Below are positions 39,435 to 50,051 of a DNA stretch of 64,000 nt, piece by piece. The notes below the pieces were generated by a model, which had not been told where the DNA came from, did not search any database, and saw only the letters and a program-made list of their open reading frames with translations. This DNA comes from a candidate division Zixibacteria bacterium CG_4_9_14_3_um_filter_46_8 (GTDB lineage: Bacteria > Zixibacteria > MSB-5A5 > UM-FILTER-46-8), in assembly GCA_002791595.1 (NCBI GenBank), contig PFXJ01000025.1, positions 19,880 through 83,879 of the forward strand. Reading direction: 5' to 3'. The number at the start of each line of letters is the position of its first letter. Position 1 is the stretch's first letter. A program made the translations under genes and the position numbers.

Positions 39435-40172
39435 CTACATTGCAAATCCGCCATCGACCACCAGAACCTGCCCGGTGATGAATGAGGCTTCTTCAGAAGC
39501 GAAAAATGTTACTGCACACGCTACATCCTCGGGATTTCCCGCTCGCTTAATTGACATATTGGCAAGATATTGCTCTTTATTCTGACTGGGCAGGTTGGCA
39601 GTCATTTCAGTCTGGATAAAACCCGGAGCAACAGCATTTACGGTTATCCCCTTTGGGCCTAATTCCCTGGCGACGGATTTTGTCAGTCCGATTACGCCGG
39701 CTTTGGATGAACAATAATTAGCCTGTCCGGGATTACCGAAGACCGCCACCATTGAGCTAATGTTAACTATCCGGCCATAGTGCGCCTTGAGCATCGACTT
39801 GGATGCTTCGCGCATACACAAAAATGTGCCTTTCAAATTTACATTCAGCACTTGATCCCAGTCACTTTCCGACATTCTCATCAACAGCTTATCAATGATA
39901 ATGCCGGCGTTATTGACCAAAATATCAAGCTTGCCATCGGCGCCAATTTTATTAAAAAGCTCGACCACCTGTTTTTCATCACTGACATCAGCCCTGAGGG
40001 ACACGGCGCTGATGCCTTCCGCCTTCAAAATATCGACTGCCTTTTGCGCCCTAGCTTCATCCCTGCCGGATATAATCGTTTCAGCGCCCATTCTGCCTAA
40101 TCGTCGGGCGATTGCAAATCCGATCCCTCTGGCGCCACCAGTAATTAGTGCTCTTCTGCCTTGAAAGTCCAC
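39435..40172 (-). CDS. fabG: 3-oxoacyl-ACP reductase
   Basis: SDR with TGGARGIG cofactor motif and catalytic YxxxK (YCSSKAG). Confidence 0.85.
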   Translation of the reverse strand: MDFQGRRALITGGARGIGFAIARRLGRMGAETIISGRDEARAQKAVDILKAEGISAVSLRADVSDEKQVVELFNKIGADGKLDILVNNAGIIIDKLLMRMSESDWDQVLNVNLKGTFLCMREASKSMLKAHYGRIVNISSMVAVFGNPGQANYCSSKAGVIGLTKSVARELGPKGITVNAVAPGFIQTEMTANLPSQNKEQYLANMSIKRAGNPEDVACAVTFFASEEASFITGQVLVVDGGFAM

Positions 40173-40198
40173 AAAAATTTTATCCTACTGACTAATAT

Positions 40199-41149
40199 TC
40201 AAATTGTCTTCGCCAAAGTCAACTCCCTGACAGCATCGATCTGCTCCGGCTTCTCAAATGAGGCCAAGTTCGCCTGAGGCGCGGTCCGCTTTATAAGCCC
40301 CTGCAGGACATTCCCTGAGCCAACTTCAATAAAGGTGTTCACCCCCCACTTAACCATAAATTCCACTGATGGGCTCCATAAAACCGGTGATTGGATCTGG
40401 CGCACGAGATAATCGGAAACCGGACAGTTAGGTTCATAAAATCCGCCGCTCACATTGGATGCCACTGGGAATTCCGGAGAGATGAAATCCATTGCCTCGA
40501 GGAGCTTGGCCAGTCGTTCCGGCGTGGAATTCATAAGCGTCGAATGAAAAGCTCCTCCCACCGATAGCCTTACGGCCCGCTTAGCTCCGGCTTCCTTAGC
40601 CTTCTTCATCAAAGTTTCCACGGCAGCTATTTCGCCCGATACGACGATCTGATTGGGGGAATTGAAATTCGCGGCTTGAACGATCCCGTCCGTGCTATCG
40701 CAAATGGCATTGATTGCATCAATTTCAAGCCCGATAATTGCTGCCATAGTCCCGGGATTGTTATCACAATCCTCCTGCATAGAGCGGCTACGTTCCGCCA
40801 CAATCTCTAATCCATCTTCAAAGGACACAACCCCAGCGCCTGTCAGAGCCGATATTTCGCCTATGCTATGGCCAGCAGCACAATCGGGTCGAATACCATT
40901 CTCGGCCAAGAATCTATCAGCGATACAGGAATGCACATACATGGCGGGTTGAGCATATATGGTTTTCGTCAGGAGTTCCTCCGGGCCCTCTAGGCAAGCT
41001 TTTTGCAAATCTATGCCCAGTATTGATTCCGCAATATCAAACATCATCGAGGCTGGTGGGTAGCTCTCCAGAAATTCACGGCACATACCCACATATTGCG
41101 AGGCTTGCCCCGGAAAAACAAAGGATACTTTAGATACTTTCTCGATCAT
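40199..41149 (-). CDS. fabD: Malonyl-CoA:ACP transacylase
   Basis: FVFPGQASQ and GHSIGE active-site motifs. Start set at internal Met 16 (MIEKVSKVSFVFPGQ), which removes the apparent 31-nt overlap with fabH. Confidence 0.85.
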   Translation of the reverse strand: MIEKVSKVSFVFPGQASQYVGMCREFLESYPPASMMFDIAESILGIDLQKACLEGPEELLTKTIYAQPAMYVHSCIADRFLAENGIRPDCAAGHSIGEISALTGAGVVSFEDGLEIVAERSRSMQEDCDNNPGTMAAIIGLEIDAINAICDSTDGIVQAANFNSPNQIVVSGEIAAVETLMKKAKEAGAKRAVRLSVGGAFHSTLMNSTPERLAKLLEAMDFISPEFPVASNVSGGFYEPNCPVSDYLVRQIQSPVLWSPSVEFMVKWGVNTFIEVGSGNVLQGLIKRTAPQANLASFEKPEQIDAVRELTLAKTI

Positions 41150-41163
41150 TGCATCCAAGCCGC

Positions 41164-42141
41164 TTATCCCCACCCAAATAGAATTGCTCCCCATGAAAAA
41201 CCAGAGCCAAATGACACAGCCAACAGCAAGTCCCCTTTCTGGATTCTTCCATCTCTGACCGCCTCATCCATCGCCAGAGGAATAGTGGCAGAGGACGTGT
41301 TGCCATAGCGTTCGATATTTACCAGTACCTTTTCCATCGGGAAACCGGCACGCCTAGCCGTAGCATCTATAATCCTGATATTTGCCTGGTGAGGAATAAG
41401 GTACTTCACATCCCCAATTGTGCATCCAGCCAAATCAAGAACTTTAGCCGCAGAATCAGCCATAGCCTTCACGGCATGCTTGAAAACATCATTGCCAGCC
41501 ATCTTTACATAAAAGGGTATGGGGTCCTTTTCGAGCGTTACCGGCACGCGTCCACGCATCCCCGGCAGGTATAGAAGATTCCCCAACGAGCCATCACCGC
41601 CCATGTGGCTGCTGATTATGCCGCGATCATCATTGGAGGCCGAAATCACTACGGCGCCGGCCCCATCGCCAAAGAGCACGCAAGTACTGCGGTCAGTATA
41701 ATCAACGACTTTAGTGGTAGTTTCCGCACCAATCACCAGGATTTTCCTGAACATCCTCGATCTTATGAAGGCATCAGCCGTAACCATCCCATATATGAAT
41801 CCTGGACAGGCGGCTCCAAGATCATAAGCGGCAGCATTCTTGGCTTTAACATAATATTGAACAACAGAGGCTATGGAAGGCATAGTGGTATCGCCGGTCA
41901 CGGTGGCACAGATTACCAAGTCCAGTTCGCCAGGGGAAATTTTAGCATTCTCAATCGCCCTCTGTGAAGCTTTGATCGCCAGGTCTGATACCCATTCATC
42001 ATCTCCGGATTTGTGCCGTTCCTTAATGCCAGCACGCGTCTCTATCCATTCCGAATTGGTATCAACAATCTTTTCAAGATCGGCATTGGTCAGGACCGCT
42101 TCCGGCACTGCAGACCCTATTCCAATCAAATGAGCATTCAT
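41164..42141 (-). CDS. fabH: 3-oxoacyl-ACP synthase III
   Basis: KAS III with the catalytic Cys in AACPGFIYG. 325 aa. Confidence 0.9.
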   Translation of the reverse strand: MNAHLIGIGSAVPEAVLTNADLEKIVDTNSEWIETRAGIKERHKSGDDEWVSDLAIKASQRAIENAKISPGELDLVICATVTGDTTMPSIASVVQYYVKAKNAAAYDLGAACPGFIYGMVTADAFIRSRMFRKILVIGAETTTKVVDYTDRSTCVLFGDGAGAVVISASNDDRGIISSHMGGDGSLGNLLYLPGMRGRVPVTLEKDPIPFYVKMAGNDVFKHAVKAMADSAAKVLDLAGCTIGDVKYLIPHQANIRIIDATARRAGFPMEKVLVNIERYGNTSSATIPLAMDEAVRDGRIQKGDLLLAVSFGSGFSWGAILFGWG

Positions 42142-42147
42142 TGCTTC

Positions 42148-43269
42148 TCAATCCTCAATTTCATCTAAACCATGCATGATTTCGTGAATGGACTCGGATT
42201 TATCGTTATGATTCAAACATTCGTTTATTTTCAGTTTATCTTTTATCTTGGTGTTTATATTATCGATGGCGGTCACGGCGGCGACACGGATAGCATTCTT
42301 AATGGCCTTAGGAGAGGAACCTCCATGGCAGATTATAGTGATTCCATCTACACCCAAAAGCGGAGCCCCTCCGTATTCAGCATAATCCAATCTCTCCCGG
42401 ACACGCCTTAAAGCCGGCCTCATCAAGAACGCACCCAGGTTTGAAAGAAGGTTCTTGCCAACCTGATGCCTGGCCTGACTTCGGAAGAAGCCCCCTACGC
42501 TCTCGGCGAATTTCAACATAATATTCCCCACGAATCCATCGCAAACTACTACATCGCATTTACCTGTAAGGATGTCGCGGCCTTCTATATTGCCATTGAA
42601 ATTCAGGAGCGATTTGGCGAAAAGTTTATGAGTGCTTACAGTAACTTCATTGCCTTTGGTGGATTCCTCACCTATGGATAAAAGACCGACTTTGGGGTTC
42701 ACTTTCTCATGAATGATGCTTGTATATACCGAGCCCATGACACCGAATTGATATAGATGCTGAGCTTTGCAGTCAGGATTGGCGCCCACGTCAAGGATCA
42801 CCGCCATATCTTTTTCGGTAGGAAATACCGCCGCTATCGCCGGGCGGAATACCCCCTCTAAACGCCCAAGTATCAAAAGCGCATGAGTCATAACCGCGCC
42901 GGTGTGTCCGGCAGACACGGTGGCCGCAACCCCACCACTCTTTTGAAGTTCCAATGAGACCGAGAGCGAAGAATTCTTTTTCCGCCGGTAAGCCCTTGCG
43001 GCGCTCTCGGACATCGAAACCGATTCAGTAGTATGGATTATTTCGAACGGCGGGGTCTTGAGCCTGAAACGCTCCACTTCGGTATCAATCATCCTCGAAT
43101 TGCCAACGAGAACCAGTTCGAGGCCGGGTCCGAACTCCTCCGCGGCCATGATGGCGCCTTCCACCACCACCGATGGCCCGTAATCTCCACCCATAGCGTC
43201 GAGCGCGATCCGTACCTTTTGAGAGGAACCCAGCTTCTTGATAGACGGTCTCTTAATTGCGTTGCTCAA
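42148..43269 (-). CDS. plsX: Phosphate acyltransferase PlsX
   Basis: PlsX family blocks (RIALDAMGGDYGP...). Conserved rpmF-plsX-fabH order. Confidence 0.85.
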   Translation of the reverse strand: MSNAIKRPSIKKLGSSQKVRIALDAMGGDYGPSVVVEGAIMAAEEFGPGLELVLVGNSRMIDTEVERFRLKTPPFEIIHTTESVSMSESAARAYRRKKNSSLSVSLELQKSGGVAATVSAGHTGAVMTHALLILGRLEGVFRPAIAAVFPTEKDMAVILDVGANPDCKAQHLYQFGVMGSVYTSIIHEKVNPKVGLLSIGEESTKGNEVTVSTHKLFAKSLLNFNGNIEGRDILTGKCDVVVCDGFVGNIMLKFAESVGGFFRSQARHQVGKNLLSNLGAFLMRPALRRVRERLDYAEYGGAPLLGVDGITIICHGGSSPKAIKNAIRVAAVTAIDNINTKIKDKLKINECLNHNDKSESIHEIMHGLDEIED

Positions 43270-43271
43270 TT

Positions 43272-43460
43272 TTAGCTTTTGAGTTTATTCTCTGTCAACA
43301 CCTGTCTGCCATCATAATAACCGCAATGAGGGCATATATGATGCTGAAGCTTCATTTGAGAACAATGAGGGCACGTTGACAGATTAGGCACATCCAATTT
43401 CCAATGAGTACGACGTTTGGCGCCTCTTGTATGTGAATGTCTCCGTTTAGGTAAAGGCAT
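43272..43460 (-). CDS. rpmF: 50S ribosomal protein L32
   Basis: MPLPKRRHSHTRGAKRRTHWKL is L32-like and carries a CxxC...CxxC zinc ribbon. Confidence 0.85.
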   Translation of the reverse strand: MPLPKRRHSHTRGAKRRTHWKLDVPNLSTCPHCSQMKLQHHICPHCGYYDGRQVLTENKLKS

Positions 43461-43483
43461 TTTCTATTCCTCCTGAAATATCT

Positions 43484-44005
43484 TCAATTTTCGATCTTCT
43501 TTTTTAACATTTTTTTGAGCTCATCCCATTGGCCGCCATTTCCGTGGATCGCACAATTGCATGTTTCCACATTCAAATCAGTCCCGCAGTTGGAGCATAG
43601 ACCTTTGCAATCAGGATTGCATAGTATTTTGACAGGTAATTCAACCAGAAAGGCCTCACGAAAATGTGGCTTAAGGTCATATACTCCAAAAGATTTCGGA
43701 ATAATAATAAAATCGTCATCTCCGGTGTCCTGGTCTTTAACACCGTCTTTCCTATGAACGACCAGTTTCAATTTCACTTTCAGAGGCAAGTTAATAATTT
43801 TGAGGCACCGGTCGCATTCCGCGATCACAGATGTGGCCGCATCGGCATCGATAACGACTTCATCGCCGGAAGAAAACACCGAGGCCTTGGCAATGATATT
43901 TTGCCTGAATTGAACCCCTGAACATTCGAAATCAACTTCACCGGGTGCGGCATCGAATTCAAAGTAACTCCGACCCAATTCAATCTCACGGAAATCGATT
44001 TTCAT
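43484..44005 (-). CDS. YceD/DUF177 family protein
   Basis: 173 aa with a C-terminal CxxC...CxxC. Occupies the conserved position upstream of rpmF. Confidence 0.65.
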   Translation of the reverse strand: MKIDFREIELGRSYFEFDAAPGEVDFECSGVQFRQNIIAKASVFSSGDEVVIDADAATSVIAECDRCLKIINLPLKVKLKLVVHRKDGVKDQDTGDDDFIIIPKSFGVYDLKPHFREAFLVELPVKILCNPDCKGLCSNCGTDLNVETCNCAIHGNGGQWDELKKMLKKKIEN

Positions 44006-44221
44006 AATTACATCAAAATAAATATATTTTCTGAGTTGTCAAGGATTTTATGGCCCAGTTTTACTCAACAATTCCGGCTAATGAAACTTGATGTGGAAGT
44101 CAATTGACCTGCAAGCCATCTTGCTTTACTAAAGGGAACATTTATTTTGCGCAAATTATGTGGACATATTCGAATCTGTTTTGTAATAATAGGCCTTGGT
44201 TATTAAGGCGATTTATCCAAA

Positions 44222-44767
44222 GTGAGTTGGTACGAAATAATATTGCTGTCATTCGGATTGGGGGTCGATGCTTTTTCCGTCGCTATAGTAGTGGGATCTA
44301 CGATTTTTGGACCCCGGCAGATATTCCGACTTAGCTTCCATTTTGGCTTATTCCAGTTTATGATGCCGCTTATCGGCTGGCAACTTGGAGAAGCGGCATC
44401 AACTATCATAGGCAATCATCATCGGTGGGTAGCTTTCATTATCCTAATAGTAATCGGAGGCAAGATGCTGAAGGATGCTTTTTCGGCTCAAGATGACGGC
44501 CTCCAAACAATCGATCGAACCAGAAAATGGTCGTTGGTCTTCTTGTCAATAGCCACAAGCATCGATGCCCTGGGAGCCGGATTCGGACTCGGGCCCATAG
44601 CCAGGAACTTCCTGGCGATCAGTGCTATAATAGGAATAACAGCTCTGATAATGACAACCATAGGTATGGTTTTGGGAAATTTCCTGAAGCGATATGTCGG
44701 GAAAAGAATGGAAGCAGTTGGAGGGGCAGTGCTGATCTTCCTCGGATTTAGAATATTAATGAGTTAA
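44222..44767 (+). CDS. mntP: Manganese efflux pump MntP
   Basis: Two DUF204 repeats (LGVDAFSVAIVVGS / SIDALGAGFGLG), 6 TM, 181 aa. Confidence 0.75.
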   Translation: MSWYEIILLSFGLGVDAFSVAIVVGSTIFGPRQIFRLSFHFGLFQFMMPLIGWQLGEAASTIIGNHHRWVAFIILIVIGGKMLKDAFSAQDDGLQTIDRTRKWSLVFLSIATSIDALGAGFGLGPIARNFLAISAIIGITALIMTTIGMVLGNFLKRYVGKRMEAVGGAVLIFLGFRILMS

Positions 44768-44857
44768 TGTTGATACTGTCGGGAATCGTTGATCAAGCGG
44801 GAAAGGCAAGAATTCACCTATCGGAGGCTTGGCCCAATCACCGCGGTCTAATTTCAC

Positions 44858-47053
44858 TTGACAGGAACTAAACTTGAATGGTTATTGAAATATATGAAAA
44901 GTAATATATCTATACAAAGGAGACTCCTTTGGCAAGCAGCCAAAAGATATATGGCGCCCACGTTGTTGCTATATGCAGCATTATCCCTGATAGTGATTCT
45001 GATAGCATTTCTGACATATAATACATATAGCAATGACCTGCCATCCTTTGAACAGTTGCACAATATACAACCTCGCTTGGTTACCAAGGTTTATTCTGAA
45101 GATGGAAGGCTGATTAAGGAATTCTATAAGGAGCGGCGGATCTTAATTGCTTATAGCGATATTCCTCCCAGTTTGAAGAATGCTCTGCTGGCAACAGAAG
45201 ATCGACGATTCTATAAGCATTGGGGAGTAGATCCGCTTTCCGTTATCAGAGCCTTGTTCGTAAATATGTATCGAGGGGGCAAGGTTCAAGGGGGATCGAC
45301 GTTGACACAACAATTGGCACGGACTCTATTTCTTTCCCCGGAAAAGATTTATGCCCGAAAGATCAAAGAGGTCTTGACTGCCATCAAATTGGAGAGGAAT
45401 TATTCCAAGAATGAAATAATGGCAATGTATTTGAACCAACAAAATTTCGGAGGCGGGGCTTATGGCATTCAAACCGCAGCTGAGTTGTACTTTGGCAAAA
45501 ACACAAAAGATCTGGATGATTTAGAATCTGCCACATTGGTCGCTATGCTGAAGGCTCCCAATCGTTACAGTCCCGTGAGACATGCCGACCGAACCATGAA
45601 TCGTCGCAATTTGGTATTAAACGCCATGGTAGATTATGGAGCGCTTTCTTCCGAAGTTGCCAATAGTTTAGTTAGGGAACCTCTAAGTCTCAATCTTCAG
45701 GGAGAAACAGAGGAAGTTGGAGCATATTTCATAGAGATGGTAAGGCAGTATCTGGAAGAACGTTATGGGGAAGATGCGCTTTATGATTCGGGCTATTCTG
45801 TCTATACTACACTGAACTACAGGATGCAAACCATCGCAGAGAATGTGCTACATCCTTTGCTTGATTCCCTTCAGATAAACCTGGAGCACAGAGTCGGGCC
45901 TTCTGATAGAAGATATACACTTATGGTTGACACTGAGGATGGAGGATTCAGAAGGGAATACAAAAAATTGCAGGGAGCTTTGGTGTGCTTTGATAATAGG
46001 ACTGGAGGAATACTCGCTTTAGTTGGCGGGCGTGATTTCGAGGTCAGCAAATTCAACCGCGCCGTCCAAGCCAAAAGACAGCCCGGATCAGCCTTTAAGC
46101 CCTTCGTATATACAGTCGCTATGGACAATGGTTTTGGTCCTACCGACAAAATGAATGATTCACCGATTGTACTTACGGTTTCGGGTGAAGAATGGCGCCC
46201 GCATAATATTGATGATAAATTCATGGGGATAATGTCGCTTCGCGATGGTTTGAGCCTCTCCAGAAACTTAATCGCCATTAAGCTTATCATGGAACCAAGG
46301 GTAACTCCCCAACAAGCCGTTTTTTATGCACATCAGTTAGGCATCAAATCTCCACTTCATCCCGTGCCATCTTTGGCTATCGGCACTTCGGAAGTTAATC
46401 TATTGGAGCTTACGGCCGCCTATAGTGCATTCCCTAATGGAGGCATCCGCACAGAACCATTCTATATCACCAAGGTAACGGATCGATATGGCAGTGTGCT
46501 GGAGGAAGAGAGTCACGGTTACCAGGAAGAGGTTCTTTCGGCTCAAACCGCATATATAATGGCAGACCTTCTTCAGAGCGTAATAAATGAAGGCACCGGA
46601 CGCGGCACCAGGTCACGAGGATTCGATAGACCGGCTGGAGGAAAAACCGGAACTTCAGATGATTGGACTGACAATTGGTTCATCGCATTTGTGCCACAAA
46701 TCACTACTGGAGTCTGGGTCGGATTCGATGATAAAACCAAAATAGGCCTAAAGGGTGAAACCGGTTCGTCAACCGCGCTTCCTGTTTGGACCGAATTTAT
46801 GAAAGGCGCTTTGGCAGATTATCCAGTCGAGGATTTTAGGATGCCGCCGGGATTGGTGAAAGTCGAAGTGTGTCGTCAAAGCGGATTGCTCCCCAATCGA
46901 AGGTGCCCGAAGCTCCGCGAAGAGGTCTTCAGGATCGGAGAGGCACCAAAGGCAACCTGCTCGAAAAGCCATCGCAATGAATTTGCTTCCGACCAGAACC
47001 AAGAATCCAAGGACAAGCAAAAAAGAGAATCAAAACGAAAGATCCGATTCTGA
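44858..47053 (+). CDS. mrcA: Penicillin-binding protein 1A (bifunctional transglycosylase/transpeptidase)
   Basis: GT51 motifs (EDRRFYKHWGVD, GGSTLTQQ) and a transpeptidase SxxK/SxN/KTG region. The true start may be an internal Met (MKSNI... or MAPTLL...). Confidence 0.85.
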   Translation: MTGTKLEWLLKYMKSNISIQRRLLWQAAKRYMAPTLLLYAALSLIVILIAFLTYNTYSNDLPSFEQLHNIQPRLVTKVYSEDGRLIKEFYKERRILIAYSDIPPSLKNALLATEDRRFYKHWGVDPLSVIRALFVNMYRGGKVQGGSTLTQQLARTLFLSPEKIYARKIKEVLTAIKLERNYSKNEIMAMYLNQQNFGGGAYGIQTAAELYFGKNTKDLDDLESATLVAMLKAPNRYSPVRHADRTMNRRNLVLNAMVDYGALSSEVANSLVREPLSLNLQGETEEVGAYFIEMVRQYLEERYGEDALYDSGYSVYTTLNYRMQTIAENVLHPLLDSLQINLEHRVGPSDRRYTLMVDTEDGGFRREYKKLQGALVCFDNRTGGILALVGGRDFEVSKFNRAVQAKRQPGSAFKPFVYTVAMDNGFGPTDKMNDSPIVLTVSGEEWRPHNIDDKFMGIMSLRDGLSLSRNLIAIKLIMEPRVTPQQAVFYAHQLGIKSPLHPVPSLAIGTSEVNLLELTAAYSAFPNGGIRTEPFYITKVTDRYGSVLEEESHGYQEEVLSAQTAYIMADLLQSVINEGTGRGTRSRGFDRPAGGKTGTSDDWTDNWFIAFVPQITTGVWVGFDDKTKIGLKGETGSSTALPVWTEFMKGALADYPVEDFRMPPGLVKVEVCRQSGLLPNRRCPKLREEVFRIGEAPKATCSKSHRNEFASDQNQESKDKQKRESKRKIRF

Positions 47054-47083
47054 CCTAAGTAATTATAGGAGTGCTAACGGGGC

Positions 47084-48388
47084 TCAGCGAATCATTTTCT
47101 TAATCAAGTCGGGAACGATAGGCCGTTTCGAGGAGATCCGGATTGAATTGAGGAGTTTGGTTTGAGCAAGATTAATATCTAACTCGTGGAGCGCATAAAT
47201 GTCAGCAATAACCCCACCAGCTAGGACCTGGTCGCCAAGTTTCCGGTGAAACACAAATCCAACACCAAAATCAACATCATCTTCGATTCGCTGGCGTCCG
47301 GCTCCCAACGCATTTGCCGCCAGGCCTACATTTAGAGTATCAATAGCTGAGATGTAACCTTTCCTCGAAGCTCGAAACGAGTCCCTCGATGGCGCCAAGT
47401 CCAGCACCGATGCATCTTCAAAAACATCGGATTTGCCACCGTGCAGTCCTACCATCATTGCGAATTTTTTCAAGGCGGCGCCATTGGATATAGATCCATC
47501 CAACATTCTGGTTGCAGAGGCGACTGAATTGGTTACACCCCCGATGAGAAGCATTTCTGCTCCCAGACTAAGGACGATTTCATCCAAGTCCGCCGGGCGG
47601 TTGCCTCTTAGATAATCGACTGCTTCCAGAACTTCTAGTGAATTCCCGATGGCTTTGCCAAGCGGCTGATCCATCGATGTAATCGCGGCCCGGCATTTCT
47701 TCCCAAATTTCCTTGCTGTTCTCACCAATGAATTCGCCAGCGCCTCGGCATCATCCGGCGATTTCATAAAGGCACCATTTCCGCACTTTATGTCGAACAC
47801 AATTCCATCTGTTCCCGAAGCCAGTTTTTTCGAAAGTATGGAAGCCGTAATCAGGGGAATTGATTCCACCGTAGCGGTGACATCCCTCAATGCATATATT
47901 CTTTTGTCCGCCGGAGCGATAGATGAAGTTTGACCGATAATAGAACACCCGCATTTTCTGAGAACTGATTTAAATTTATTGGTACCGAGATCTGTCTTAT
48001 ACCCAGGGATAGATTCCAATTTGTCCAGGGTCCCTCCGGTATGCCCAAGTCCCCGGCCAGAAACCATAGGCACGACCAAACCGCAGGCGGCTGCCATTGG
48101 AGCCAGCATTAATGAAACCTTATCTCCCACTCCTCCGGTGGAATGCTTATCGATCTTAGGACCCTTTATGGACGAAAGATCAAGTACTTTCCCAGATTTC
48201 AACATCGCTTCTGTAAGAACGACAGTCTCCGAGATGCTCATACCTCGCAAACAGATTGCCATCAGCAGGGCGGAGGCCTGATAGTCAGGGATTCTTCCGG
48301 AAATATATCCCGAAATGAACTCCTGTATCTCTTCTCCTGTGAGTTCATACCCATCCCTCTTATGGGCGATAATTTCCTGGAATGCCAT
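47084..48388 (-). CDS. deoA: Thymidine / pyrimidine-nucleoside phosphorylase
   Basis: Family blocks (HSTGGVGDKVSL, GRGLGHTGGTLDKLESIPG). Start set at internal Met 40 (MAFQEIIAHKRDG), giving the canonical ~434 aa. Confidence 0.8.
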   Translation of the reverse strand: MAFQEIIAHKRDGYELTGEEIQEFISGYISGRIPDYQASALLMAICLRGMSISETVVLTEAMLKSGKVLDLSSIKGPKIDKHSTGGVGDKVSLMLAPMAAACGLVVPMVSGRGLGHTGGTLDKLESIPGYKTDLGTNKFKSVLRKCGCSIIGQTSSIAPADKRIYALRDVTATVESIPLITASILSKKLASGTDGIVFDIKCGNGAFMKSPDDAEALANSLVRTARKFGKKCRAAITSMDQPLGKAIGNSLEVLEAVDYLRGNRPADLDEIVLSLGAEMLLIGGVTNSVASATRMLDGSISNGAALKKFAMMVGLHGGKSDVFEDASVLDLAPSRDSFRASRKGYISAIDTLNVGLAANALGAGRQRIEDDVDFGVGFVFHRKLGDQVLAGGVIADIYALHELDINLAQTKLLNSIRISSKRPIVPDLIKKMIR

Positions 48389-48398
48389 TAGGGTTTCT

Positions 48399-48803
48399 TT
48401 ATTGTAGAGAGGAAGGATTGAAGCTGTCGGGAAGCAATTGCCCCAATCTAAAGATATGGAAGTCTCCACCCGATGAGCAGATAATTGGGCAGTCATCGTC
48501 GGCAAATTCCCGAATTACCTGACGGCAGGCGCCGCAGGGAGTCACGATTTTCCCGCCATCGACCACTACTGCAACCGCTTCAATTTTCGATTTCCCCTCC
48601 GTAACCATATTATATACCGCATTTCGTTCGGCGCAAATAGTCAATCCGTATGAAGCATTTTCCACATTGCATCCGGTGAAAACACTGCCATCTATCGACC
48701 TGACCGCTGCCCCCACCTTGAATCTGGAGTAAGGTGAATAAGAATTTTCGAGCGCTTTGAACGCCGCTTTCACCAACTGCAAATCAATTTCGGATATCTC
48801 CAT
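48399..48803 (-). CDS. cdd: Cytidine deaminase
   Basis: Zinc motifs CAERNA and PCGACRQ. Start set at internal Met (MEISEIDL), giving ~134 aa. Confidence 0.8.
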   Translation of the reverse strand: MEISEIDLQLVKAAFKALENSYSPYSRFKVGAAVRSIDGSVFTGCNVENASYGLTICAERNAVYNMVTEGKSKIEAVAVVVDGGKIVTPCGACRQVIREFADDDCPIICSSGGDFHIFRLGQLLPDSFNPSSLQ

Positions 48804-49956
48804 AAAAACTCTTGCCCCAGACTGGTCTCTTGGTTTGAAAAATCTCGGAAATCGTGGCGCCCAAGTCCGAGAAAGTCTTCCTGATTCCCAAGTCCACGCC
48901 CTTTCTAATGGAATTTCCATACACGACCAAAGGGACATACTCGCGAGAATGGTCTGTGGATGTGGTAGTGGGATCACAGCCATGATCCGCAGTAATTATC
49001 AGCAGGTCCTCACCGGTTATTTTATTCATAATGCGAGGCAGGAATTCATCAAATTTTTCAAGGCCATCGCCGAAGGCCTCATAATTATTGCGATGACCCC
49101 AGAGCATATCGAAATCGACCAAATTCGCGAATATCAAGCCCTGCAAATCCTTACACATCGATCTCTCGATAGTTTCCATCACATCTTCATTATTTTCAGT
49201 ATGCAAGACAGTTTGGATGCCCTCCCCAGCAAAAAGATCATTTATCTTGCCTATGGCAATGACTGGCACGCCTTCACCATGCAAATAATCCAATACCGTT
49301 CTTTTGGGAGGTTTCAGCGAAAAATCACGCCGCTCCGGAGTACGATAGAATGAGCCGGCAGAGCCGGCAAAAGGCCGGGCGATGACACGTCCCACACCGT
49401 GCTCTCCCTTAAGCATTTCACGGGCCACTTTCGATACCCTATATAACTCATCCAGCGGCACCATATCTTTATGAGCGGCGATCTGAAAAACTGAATCCGC
49501 TGAAGTATATACTATTAACTTGCGGGTCAGTAGATGCTCTTCACCAAGCTCTTTGATTATTTCGGTGCCGGATGCAGGTTTATTGCCAATTACCCCATAA
49601 CCAGCCAATTCGGTGAATCTTTCGAGGAGTTCCTTGGGGAAACCGTGAGGATAAACCGGAAATGGTTTTTCCAGGACAAGACCCATCAATTCCCAGTGGC
49701 CAGTCGTCGAATCCTTCCCCGGTGAAAGTTCAGCCATTTTGCCATAACAACCTATGGCGTCTATATCACTCGGGACACCGCAAATCTCATGTATTTTGCC
49801 AAGTCCCAATGATGCCAGATTCGGAAGATTTAGGCCCCCAAGAACCGAGGCGAGGTTTCCCAAAGTATCCGAACCCGCATCGCCATATTGGTCAGCGTCC
49901 GGAAGTTCGCCAACACCGCAAGCATCAAGAATGATAAGTACTATCCTTCTGACCAT
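48784..49956 (-). CDS. deoB: Phosphopentomutase
   Basis: ILDACGVGELPDADQYGDAGSDTLGN N-terminus typical of DeoB. 390 aa. Confidence 0.85.
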   Translation of the reverse strand: MVRRIVLIILDACGVGELPDADQYGDAGSDTLGNLASVLGGLNLPNLASLGLGKIHEICGVPSDIDAIGCYGKMAELSPGKDSTTGHWELMGLVLEKPFPVYPHGFPKELLERFTELAGYGVIGNKPASGTEIIKELGEEHLLTRKLIVYTSADSVFQIAAHKDMVPLDELYRVSKVAREMLKGEHGVGRVIARPFAGSAGSFYRTPERRDFSLKPPKRTVLDYLHGEGVPVIAIGKINDLFAGEGIQTVLHTENNEDVMETIERSMCKDLQGLIFANLVDFDMLWGHRNNYEAFGDGLEKFDEFLPRIMNKITGEDLLIITADHGCDPTTTSTDHSREYVPLVVYGNSIRKGVDLGIRKTFSDLGATISEIFQTKRPVWGKSFYGDIRN

Positions 49957-50051
49957 CTACAAATATAAATGCACCATTTTATGACGGCGGATTTTTCAAA
50001 AACAGTATTTCTAATCAGCAAATTGGAAACACATTACCCAATTTCTATGCC

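Noticed and set aside
44006-44221. Possible yybP-ykoY manganese riboswitch upstream of mntP
   Set aside because: mntP is a classic target, but no GGGGAGUAG-type conserved core or second conserved half of the riboswitch was recognisable in the 216-nt leader. It cannot be supported without a covariance-model search.
47054-47083. Bidirectional terminator between convergent PBP1A and deoA
   Set aside because: Only 30 nt and no convincing stem-loop could be drawn. Left unannotated.
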